DNA of 15,395 nucleotides from an archaeon (GTDB lineage Archaea; Iainarchaeota; Iainarchaeia; Iainarchaeales; 0-14-0-20-34-12): NCBI GenBank assembly GCA_038046645.1, contig JBBSVU010000003.1, positions 1 to 15,395 of the forward strand, read 5' to 3'. Shown piece by piece: positions 1 to 7,010 of this stretch (position 1 is its first letter; each line of letters starts with the position of its first letter). The notes under the pieces were generated by a model. It saw only the letters and a program-made list of their open reading frames with translations, ran no database searches and was not told where the DNA came from. The position numbers and the translations under genes were made by a program.

Positions 1-329
1 TTATCCAAATCTGAATTTTTAAGTAATTCCCTAAGATATCTTCTTTCAGTAGCAATTCTCCAGAATTTTGCTAATGTATCCAAATCATGTTTACTTTCAG
101 TTTCAGATTTTGACCTTAAATATTTATCACCTTCTTTTTCTGCTTTTAATCTGCTAGCATAAGTATAAGGTGATTCTAAATTTTTTAACCATTCAATAAT
201 AGAGACAGGAAAACGTTTATTACTTATTTTTACTGCGGGTTTATGTGTTAATCTTTTTATATCAGTTGAAACCAAAGTAACCAAAGGGTTATAAATATTT
301 CTTTTTAATCTTCCCCTTACCATAGGCAT
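1..329 (-). CDS. Hypothetical protein, N-terminal 109 aa only (runs off the window edge; absent from the ORF track)
   Basis: Manual translation from ATG at 329 gives MPMVRGRLKRNIYNPLVTLVSTDIKRLTHKPAVKISNKRFPVSIIEWLKNLESPYTYASRLKAEKEGDKYLRSKSETESKHDLDTLAKFWRIATERRYLRELLKNSDLD with no stop. TATA box TTTAAAAA begins 31 nt upstream. Confidence 0.8.
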   Translation of the reverse strand, partial: MPMVRGRLKRNIYNPLVTLVSTDIKRLTHKPAVKISNKRFPVSIIEWLKNLESPYTYASRLKAEKEGDKYLRSKSETESKHDLDTLAKFWRIATERRYLRELLKNSDLD

Positions 330-352
330 ACAAAAGTAGGGCAATAAAAGAA

Positions 353-360
353 TTTTTAAA
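353..360 (-). promoter_or_regulatory. Archaeal TATA box (TTTAAAAA) for the leaderless ORF starting at 329
   Basis: Minus strand reads TTTAAAAATTCTTTTATTGCCCTACTTTTGT-ATG. The 5' end is at -31 and there is no SD motif. Confidence 0.6.
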
Positions 361-426
361 TGAAATGATAGGGGATTTTTGAATCAAAGGAATGCAAGTT
401 CAGGATATTCTTTTTTTCCACTTGCT

Positions 427-1491
427 TTAAGTTTTTTTATTTTTTCTAAAATATTCTTCTAGACTTCGGGATCTTTTAGTCCATACTGAATCTACTGCGG
501 TTTCGGATACCCACTTTTCAGGATATTCTAATTTAATCTTTTTCAATAAGTCGTTTCTTCTACTAAATGCTGCTTCAAGTGAAGGATACTTACTATTCAT
601 AACTAGATAAACCGCTGTGGAATGAACTAAAGCGTATTTGGGATAATCTTTTTCGCATCTTTTTAGTAATGCATCTCTTCTTTTAGCTCTCTCTTTAAAG
701 GCAGCATCAATTGAGGGATATTTTCCTCGAAATGCCTGCTCCACAATAAGTGGAAAAACAACCTTGGTTTTTGGGTGTTTTTGCCTGTATTCTTTCAGGA
801 GTGCATCATATGTCTCAACTGCTGCACTTAGGGAGGGATATAATTTTGACAATACTGTAGCTACAATAGCTTCAGGTAATTTCGTTCTTCTAGGATATTC
901 TTCTTCAAATTCTTGCAAAATTTTTTGTCTGCGATCAAAAACTGCTTTAATTGAAGGATAAAGTTTTGTAATTACCAGAAATGAAACTGTGCTATGAATG
1001 TTCTTGTGTTCAGGGTAGTCTCTTGCGCATTCTGCCAGCACTGTTTGTCTTTCTGCAAATACTGCATCAACTGATTTGTAAGTATTTCTTAGCACTAGAC
1101 TGATAATAGTGTCATGATAACTTTGGTATTCAGGATATTTTTCCATGCACTCTTGCAATAGTTTTTTTCTTCTAGCAAAAACCGCATCAATTGAAGGATA
1201 TCGTTGAGTCATCACCAAGTAAGCTGCTATAGGCCATCTTTCTTTCTCTTCAGGGTATTTATTTTTAGCTTCAGCATAAGCAGCATCTCTTGCCTTAAAT
1301 GCTGCATCGAGAGAACTATATCCTTTACGCAAAACTAAGTTCACTGCTGTTATATGCAAATTTTCATATTGTGGATATTTCTTTCTACATTCTTCAAATA
1401 ACTGGCTTCTTCTTTCTATGAAAGCATCAACCGAAGGAAAAAAGTCTTTCCACACAGCTGTTGCAATATACCTTGCGTCTTTAGGATCTTT
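427..1491 (-). repeat. Coding tandem repeat, 120-nt/40-aa period
   Basis: Repeat starts (K/D/E-Y-P or variant) at 1491, 1380, 1260, 1140, 1020, 900, 780, 648 and 528. Consensus [KDE]YPExxxxHxTxVxLVxxxxYPS[ILV]DA[AV]FxxRxxLLxEC. Confidence 0.92.
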
Positions 1492-2073
1492 TTGTCTAGC
1501 TTCTTGCAATATGTCATTAAGAGCTAGCACATTTTTGCCCGAATACTTTAATAGTCTTTTTTCTGGCCTAAGCTCTTCAGTAATCAATTCATATTCTGCA
1601 TTAACATGCCCTATGAATTCTTCCATAAAAAATGGGTCGTACCAATTTTCTAAAGGTACTTTATTAACAAACATTTGCCGCACCATATCGCTTGCAAATT
1701 TTTGGAAGAGTTTATTCTTTGCATATCTTGAGCCAAATTTTTGGGAAACAAACGGCATTACGGCTCTTTCATAAGCAAGACATTCTTTTGATTTTTTTCC
1801 TTTTCCAAAGCTTTTTCTGCCTAGCAGTATTCTGTCAACTTTTTTTCCTGCTTCAATTCTTTTCACAATATTGTCAGCAAACTGTGCCGCTGCATAAGGG
1901 TCTTGCGGAGCTTTTAATCCATAAATCCCCATATAAGTTCTAACATCTGGTCTTTTCAAAATAGATAAAACCTTTGCACTCAATAAATTTCTGGTAAACC
2001 CTTTTCTAAGCAATGAAGCGCTAGCAGATTCTAAATGGCCTCTCTTGCCAGGCGTTAAAGCTCTTTTAACCAT
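427..2073 (-). CDS. Hypothetical basic protein (548 aa from ATG 2073): unknown ~190-aa N-terminal domain plus about 9 tandem 40-aa helical repeats
   Basis: Long ORF. ATG at 2073 (MVKRALTPGKR) is preferred over TTG 2091 because TTTAAATA lies exactly 30 nt upstream of it. Repeats are visible in the translation. Confidence 0.85.
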   Translation of the reverse strand: MVKRALTPGKRGHLESASASLLRKGFTRNLLSAKVLSILKRPDVRTYMGIYGLKAPQDPYAAAQFADNIVKRIEAGKKVDRILLGRKSFGKGKKSKECLAYERAVMPFVSQKFGSRYAKNKLFQKFASDMVRQMFVNKVPLENWYDPFFMEEFIGHVNAEYELITEELRPEKRLLKYSGKNVLALNDILQEARQKDPKDARYIATAVWKDFFPSVDAFIERRSQLFEECRKKYPQYENLHITAVNLVLRKGYSSLDAAFKARDAAYAEAKNKYPEEKERWPIAAYLVMTQRYPSIDAVFARRKKLLQECMEKYPEYQSYHDTIISLVLRNTYKSVDAVFAERQTVLAECARDYPEHKNIHSTVSFLVITKLYPSIKAVFDRRQKILQEFEEEYPRRTKLPEAIVATVLSKLYPSLSAAVETYDALLKEYRQKHPKTKVVFPLIVEQAFRGKYPSIDAAFKERAKRRDALLKRCEKDYPKYALVHSTAVYLVMNSKYPSLEAAFSRRNDLLKKIKLEYPEKWVSETAVDSVWTKRSRSLEEYFRKNKKT

Positions 2074-2095
2074 AAAAAACTGTATCAACAATTAG

Positions 2096-2103
2096 TATTT
2101 AAA
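2096..2103 (-). promoter_or_regulatory. Archaeal TATA box (TTTAAATA) for the repeat-protein gene
   Basis: Minus strand reads TTTAAATACTAATTGTTGATACAGTTTTTT-ATG, 5' end at -30. Confidence 0.6.
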
Positions 2104-2220
2104 TCGATTTTTATTAACCAATGCATTAAAAATTTGTCTTTCTTTAATTCTAAGAAAAGGAAAAAGAAATGAACCCTTTCTTATTGTTTGAAAGGACATG
2201 AAAAGAAAAAGGATTTTTAC

Positions 2221-2922
2221 ATGAAGGCATTTGTTTTGGCTGGAGGTATTGGCAGCAGATTGGAAAAATCAGGCATTACTGCAAAAGTACCTAAGCCATT
2301 ATTGGAAATAGGCGGGAAAACTGTTTTAGACTGGAATATTGAAAATTTAAAAAATCACGGGGTAAAAACAATTGTTTTGGGATTAGGGCATAGGTACAAA
2401 GAAGTAGAAGACTATTTCAAAAACAGGGATTTAGGGGTTGAGTTAATATTGAGTTTTGAAGAGCAGAGAATGGGAACTGCTGGGGCGTTAAAATTGGCTG
2501 AGAAATATTTCTCAAATTGTGAAAATTTCTTTATGTGCAACGGCGATGAAGTAAAGAATGTAGATTATTCTGCACTTTTGGAAATGCATGAAAAAAATGA
2601 TGCCATAGCATCAATTGCCCTTTATGCAATCGATGAGGTCTCCCATTATGGAGTCGTAAAATTAGAGGGGGAAAAAATAATTGAATTTGTGGAAAAGCCA
2701 TCAAAGGAAAATGCCCCTAGCAATCTAATATCAAGCGGAGCATATGTTCTTTCAAACAAAATATTTGAATATATTCATGCTGGCAAGGAAGTTAGCATTG
2801 AAAAAGAAGTGTTCCCTAAAATTGTCGAGGAAAGAAAATTATTTGGCAAGGAAACAGTTTCAAGTTTCCTTACAATTGATACACCTGAAAGATACCATAA
2901 AACAGTGAAAGAGTTCAAATAA
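2221..2922 (+). CDS. Sugar-phosphate nucleotidyltransferase (NTP_transferase family, mannose-1-phosphate guanylyltransferase-like), no hexapeptide tail
   Basis: Motifs MKAFVLAGGIGSRL, VPKPLLEIGG, GTAGAL, NGD, YGVV, FVEKP, SSGAY and IDTPERY. ATG 2221 gives the canonical family start. Confidence 0.9.
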   Translation: MKAFVLAGGIGSRLEKSGITAKVPKPLLEIGGKTVLDWNIENLKNHGVKTIVLGLGHRYKEVEDYFKNRDLGVELILSFEEQRMGTAGALKLAEKYFSNCENFFMCNGDEVKNVDYSALLEMHEKNDAIASIALYAIDEVSHYGVVKLEGEKIIEFVEKPSKENAPSNLISSGAYVLSNKIFEYIHAGKEVSIEKEVFPKIVEERKLFGKETVSSFLTIDTPERYHKTVKEFK

Positions 2923-3004
2923 TCAGGAAAATTTTGGGAGGGCAATAATTAAAATAAGATTAATCTAAATTTGTTAGATAATTAAAATAACTGAGGTCTT
3001 TTTT

Positions 3005-3622
3005 ATGAAAACATTTAATTGTTTAGTGCCTGATTGGGAAGAGATGCAGAACCTTGCAAAGGCTGCATGTGATAAAATCAAAAAAAGCGATTTTTACCCT
3101 AATATTATTCTTGGGATTTCAAGAGGTGGCCTAGTTCCTGCGCGTTTATTTTCTGATTATCTGCATATAAAAGATATTGCAACCATAAAAGCAGACCATT
3201 GGGGTGTAACAGCAACAAAAGATGGAACAGCTAAAATAAAACATTCGAGCACAGCAGATTTTTCTGGGAAAAATGTCCTTATTGTGGATGATGTTACGGA
3301 TACAGGGCAAAGCATGGATATTGTAAAAGAGCACATTCTTGGACAAAACCCCAAATCCGTCAAGACCGCTACCTTATACAACTTAAAAGGCTCAAAACAT
3401 ACGCCTGATTTTTATGGAAAAGAAATTGATTGGATTTGGATTATATTCCCTTGGAATTATCAGGAAGATTTGATGAATATTATAGGGCAAATACAGGCCG
3501 AGGAAGAAAAAAACCTTGATGATTTGCACAAAACTCTGAAAGAGGATTTCAAGGTTGAAACCCGCAAGGAAAAACTGAAGGAAATAATGGAGCATATTGA
3601 ATTTATCAAGAAAAAGCAGTGA
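3005..3622 (+). CDS. Type I phosphoribosyltransferase, archaeal purine-salvage (hypoxanthine/xanthine-guanine PRT-like)
   Basis: GISRGGLVPA, PRPP loop VLIVDDVTDTGQS, PDFYG and WIIFPW. SD-like GAGGT at 2993-2997. Confidence 0.9.
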   Translation: MKTFNCLVPDWEEMQNLAKAACDKIKKSDFYPNIILGISRGGLVPARLFSDYLHIKDIATIKADHWGVTATKDGTAKIKHSSTADFSGKNVLIVDDVTDTGQSMDIVKEHILGQNPKSVKTATLYNLKGSKHTPDFYGKEIDWIWIIFPWNYQEDLMNIIGQIQAEEEKNLDDLHKTLKEDFKVETRKEKLKEIMEHIEFIKKKQ

Positions 3623-3624
3623 TT

Positions 3625-3656
3625 AAATGAGGAATTATTTCCTCATTTCTTTTTTT
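3625..3656 (+). terminator. Hairpin plus T-tract terminator between convergent genes
   Basis: Perfect 10-bp stem AAATGAGGAA-TTAT-TTCCTCATTT (3625-3648) followed by CTTTTTTT, just after the PRTase stop. Confidence 0.65.
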
Positions 3657-4953
3657 ATTTTTGCAACAGCCATTTCCAGACAGGCTTTATCTCAATTATT
3701 TTTCCGTTTATTTTTAATCTGTCTTCCAGGCCCTCAGTTAATAATAGTCCCTTCCTTAACCTGTGCATTTTCATGGCTTCTAACAATCCTGCAATCTCCC
3801 TTTTTTTGTTATCCTCATTTAATTCTTTGGCTACTTGTATTGCTTCAATTACCTTGTTCTTTTTTCTCAATATAAAATCACATTCATTGATGCCTCGGTG
3901 GTAAAAAACATCATAATTGTCCCTTTTTAATTGGATAAAAACCACATTCTCTAACAGTTTTCCTATATCCTCTGAAAATTTGAAACTAACTGCGTTCAAG
4001 AGACCATTATCTATGCAGTACACTTTCTTAATAGATCCTAATTGTTTTGCTAAGGAATATTCAAATTTTAAGTTTTGGAAAAAGAGATAAGCATCTTCGA
4101 AGTATGATAAGTATTCAATAACCGTATTTTTGCTTAATTTAAATCCCAGATCTTTCAGCCTGTTTGATAGTCGGTTATAAGATATTTCCTTAGTTACAGA
4201 ATCAAAAATAAGGTTTGCAAGAATTTTTATCTTTTTTATCTCTTTAATGCGGTTTCTTTCTATGATGTCCTTAAAAATCATGGACTGGAAATATCCTTGC
4301 AGAATTGTCTCTTTCTCAATCCCTAGATTTACTAATATTGCAGGATATCCCCCACCTAACAAATATTCTTTAAATTCCTTTTTCACCTTAAAACGGTCTT
4401 TACTATGTGAGATTGTTTTCAAATTAAAGGATACTTTTTTCCATTTAAGATATTCTTTAAAGCTAAGGGGGAAAACTTCGGTATTAATAGTACGCCCCCT
4501 GAGCCTTGTGGATATTTCTTTGCTCAACAACTTAGAAGAAGAACCTGTAAGAATTAATTTTATGCCCTTATTCATGTCATGCATTCTCCTTACCCATACA
4601 TCCCACTGGCTTATGTTTTGTATCTCATCTAAAAATAGGTAAATTGAACGGTCTTTTTGTATCTCTGAAAGTTCAAAAAAAGCATCAAGCAGCTTATCGA
4701 GATCAGTAACATTTGCGCCCAGTAATTTCTCATCTTCAAAATTAATATACAGAATATTGCTCTTAGGAATCCCTGCCCCCAAAAGGCCCTTTATGGTCTG
4801 AAAACAAAGAAAGGTCTTACCCGCTCGTCTTGGGCCGGTAATAGTAGTTATGAAGTCATGTGCTAGGTTAACTGAAATATCCCTTTCCAGCACGCTTGGC
4901 TGAACAAATTCCAGCCACTGCACTATTATTTTTTTATAATCCATAAAGTCCAC
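3655..4953 (-). CDS. ATP-binding protein, AAA_14 plus DUF4143 family
   Basis: Walker A GPRRAGKT, YINFED, Walker B LFLDEIQ, TGSSS, LRGR, GGYP, KKVYCIDNGL, LLENVV and C-terminal ECDF...AIQV. Start is GTG 4953 or ATG 4944. Confidence 0.92.
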   Translation of the reverse strand: MDFMDYKKIIVQWLEFVQPSVLERDISVNLAHDFITTITGPRRAGKTFLCFQTIKGLLGAGIPKSNILYINFEDEKLLGANVTDLDKLLDAFFELSEIQKDRSIYLFLDEIQNISQWDVWVRRMHDMNKGIKLILTGSSSKLLSKEISTRLRGRTINTEVFPLSFKEYLKWKKVSFNLKTISHSKDRFKVKKEFKEYLLGGGYPAILVNLGIEKETILQGYFQSMIFKDIIERNRIKEIKKIKILANLIFDSVTKEISYNRLSNRLKDLGFKLSKNTVIEYLSYFEDAYLFFQNLKFEYSLAKQLGSIKKVYCIDNGLLNAVSFKFSEDIGKLLENVVFIQLKRDNYDVFYHRGINECDFILRKKNKVIEAIQVAKELNEDNKKREIAGLLEAMKMHRLRKGLLLTEGLEDRLKINGKIIEIKPVWKWLLQK

Positions 4954-5315
4954 TTAACAAATTTATCATTATTTGTATAATATACTGAACATTTTATAAA
5001 GGTAAGCATAATCCCATAAACATTTCTAAGTGATACGAAAACAACATCACTTTCTGCCAAAAGTGCAACAAAAAATGCACTGCCAATGCCTAATTGAGAG
5101 GATTTCTACAGTGCCTATTCATTAGGAAGTAAATAATGCACAAAGGTTCATAAAACCAGCATCAACGCAGTATCTTAGATTCTTAATGTGTCTTATAAAT
5201 TTCCAGCACAGTACAGTTTTATGGGGGCTTTTGTACTGTAGAACTTATTGGTTTTATTTATTAACCTTTATCCCTTTTATATTTAGCATAATTGATATCC
5301 TTAGGTGAGATTTTT

Positions 5316-6107
5316 ATGATTGGAATTATTGCAGGTTCAGGTGTCTATGACCCTAGCTTAGTTAAAGAAATTAAAAAAGAGAAAGTGCAGACGGAATTTG
5401 GCTTACCGTCTGATGAAATAACTGTTGCTGATTTTGAAGGAATTAAGGTAGCATTCTTGCCAAGGCACGGCTATAAGCACACAATAAATCCAAGCAATGT
5501 GAATTATCGGGCTAATATAAGGGCATTGAAGAAATTGGGGGTAGACAGAATTCTGTCAGTAAGTGCTGTCGGCTCATTGCAGAAAGAAATAAAGCCAGGA
5601 TGTTTTGTTTTTGTGAATCAGTTTATTGACAGAACATATGGGAGAAAAAATACTTTTTATGATGGCATAACTAAGGGATTTGAAAGGGTCTGCCACATAA
5701 ATGTTTCTGATGCCTTTTGCGAGGAATTGAGAAAACCTTTGATTGCTGAAGCAAAAAAATTGAAGATTGAACATTTCGAGAAAGGAACTTATGTAGGTAT
5801 CGAAGGACCAAGATTCAGTACAAGGGCAGAATCCGCTTTATACAGAAGCTGGAATGCACAGGTAATTGGCATGACTTTGTGTCCTGAAGCTTCTTTGGCA
5901 AGGGAAGCAGAAATCTGCTATGCTAATATTTCCATGGCTACAGATTATGATAATTTGTCAGAATCCGGGGCAAATGTCGAAGATATAATAAAAACCATGA
6001 AAAGCAATACTGAAAATGTGAGAAAATTACTTTATGCAACACTGCCCAAAATACAGGAAGAAAGAAAATGCATTTGCAGAAATGCTTTGCAGGGTGCATT
6101 CATTTAA
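5316..6107 (+). CDS. mtnP: S-methyl-5'-thioadenosine phosphorylase (PNP/MTAP family)
   Basis: MIGIIAGSG, FLPRHG, NYRANI, SAVGSL, QFIDRT, EGPRFSTRAES, IGMT.PE.LARE and ATDYD (6-aminopurine-type). SD AGGTGA at 5303-5308 supports ATG 5316. Confidence 0.93.
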   Translation: MIGIIAGSGVYDPSLVKEIKKEKVQTEFGLPSDEITVADFEGIKVAFLPRHGYKHTINPSNVNYRANIRALKKLGVDRILSVSAVGSLQKEIKPGCFVFVNQFIDRTYGRKNTFYDGITKGFERVCHINVSDAFCEELRKPLIAEAKKLKIEHFEKGTYVGIEGPRFSTRAESALYRSWNAQVIGMTLCPEASLAREAEICYANISMATDYDNLSESGANVEDIIKTMKSNTENVRKLLYATLPKIQEERKCICRNALQGAFI

Positions 6108-6114
6108 GCAGAAT

Positions 6115-6978
6115 TTAATCTACTGCTTCTTCAGCAGCCTCAAAAACTGCAGATTTGGTAGAAAGCCATTTTTGATAATAGTCAGTCATTTGTTTTGGCA
6201 TTAGAATCATCACAATTCCTTTTGAGGCATTTGTTCTTCTTAAAATTCCCATTGAGATTAATTCCTCAAGGGTTTCATAGATAATTGCTCTTCCAATTCG
6301 CATCTGTTTAAGGCAGTTATCAGTTAGAGCTGCTGCTTTTATGCCTCTTACATTTGCAGAATATCTATTACCTTCGGTTTTCCCCCCAAGCTGATTCAAA
6401 AATATTTCCATTACCTTTCTTCTTCGTTTTCCTGACTCTCTTTCAAAAGAAAGATATTGCGGATCCCCAATATCTGGCCGCTCTATCTCATTAAGCAAAC
6501 CATTTAAATCCCTAATAGCAAGAGGCTTCCAAAAACCTTCTTTTTCTAATAACAATACCCTTGGTCTCCAATAACTAACTGTAGAAGGCAATGCTAATCC
6601 TAACTGAAATAATTTTCCTAACAATTCTTTTCTACGAAAAGCATATCTAAACTTAGGTGAAGTTGTTTTAGCGATTCGGGTTCTTACCATTCTTGGCCTT
6701 CTTACTGCTTTTGGAACTCCTGCTACTTCTGCCCTTATTCCTTCTACCGGCACATCCCTTGATGCCTTTCTCAATTTTATCCAAACTTTTCTGACATCTC
6801 TTTCATCTACACTGTGCCCTTGGCCATTAAGCATTTGAACAATAGCCACAGGGCTTTCATGATAATTTGATTTAATTGCTCTTGCAATTACTAATTCTTT
6901 TTGCAACGTTTGCAATGCTACAACTTTTGGAATAAGAATTTTTGTTTTATGTACTGTTGGTTTTCTTGGTTTGGGCAT
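6115..6978 (-). CDS. Hypothetical basic protein with possible helix-turn-helix / winged-helix segments
   Basis: 287-aa ORF starting MPKPRKP. SPVAIVQMLNGQGHSVDERDVRKVW and GRAIIYETLEELISMGILRRT resemble HTH/wHTH patterns by eye only. Own TATA box at -30. Confidence 0.75.
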   Translation of the reverse strand: MPKPRKPTVHKTKILIPKVVALQTLQKELVIARAIKSNYHESPVAIVQMLNGQGHSVDERDVRKVWIKLRKASRDVPVEGIRAEVAGVPKAVRRPRMVRTRIAKTTSPKFRYAFRRKELLGKLFQLGLALPSTVSYWRPRVLLLEKEGFWKPLAIRDLNGLLNEIERPDIGDPQYLSFERESGKRRRKVMEIFLNQLGGKTEGNRYSANVRGIKAAALTDNCLKQMRIGRAIIYETLEELISMGILRRTNASKGIVMILMPKQMTDYYQKWLSTKSAVFEAAEEAVD

Positions 6979-7000
6979 TTATAAAAGTAAGTTAAATTAA

Positions 7001-7008
7001 TTTTTAAA
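7001..7008 (-). promoter_or_regulatory. Archaeal TATA box (TTTAAAAA) for the leaderless 287-aa ORF
   Basis: Minus strand reads TTTAAAAATTAATTTAACTTACTTTTATAA-ATG, beginning 2 nt after the dehydrogenase stop codon. Confidence 0.6.
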
Positions 7009-7010
7009 GC

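Noticed and set aside
427..1491. 120-nt periodicity as a CRISPR array or non-coding repeat
   Set aside because: Conservation is at the amino-acid level with diverged codons inside one ORF. There are no identical DNA repeats or spacers.
2137..2212. Pyrimidine/purine tracts and imperfect inverted repeat (TAAGAAAAGG...CCTTTCTTA) as a second triplex element
   Set aside because: The arms are short and imperfect in low-complexity DNA and are not distinguishable from chance.
4954..5315. tRNA or known riboswitch in the long intergenic gap
   Set aside because: No cloverleaf, T-loop or recognisable aptamer consensus is seen by eye.
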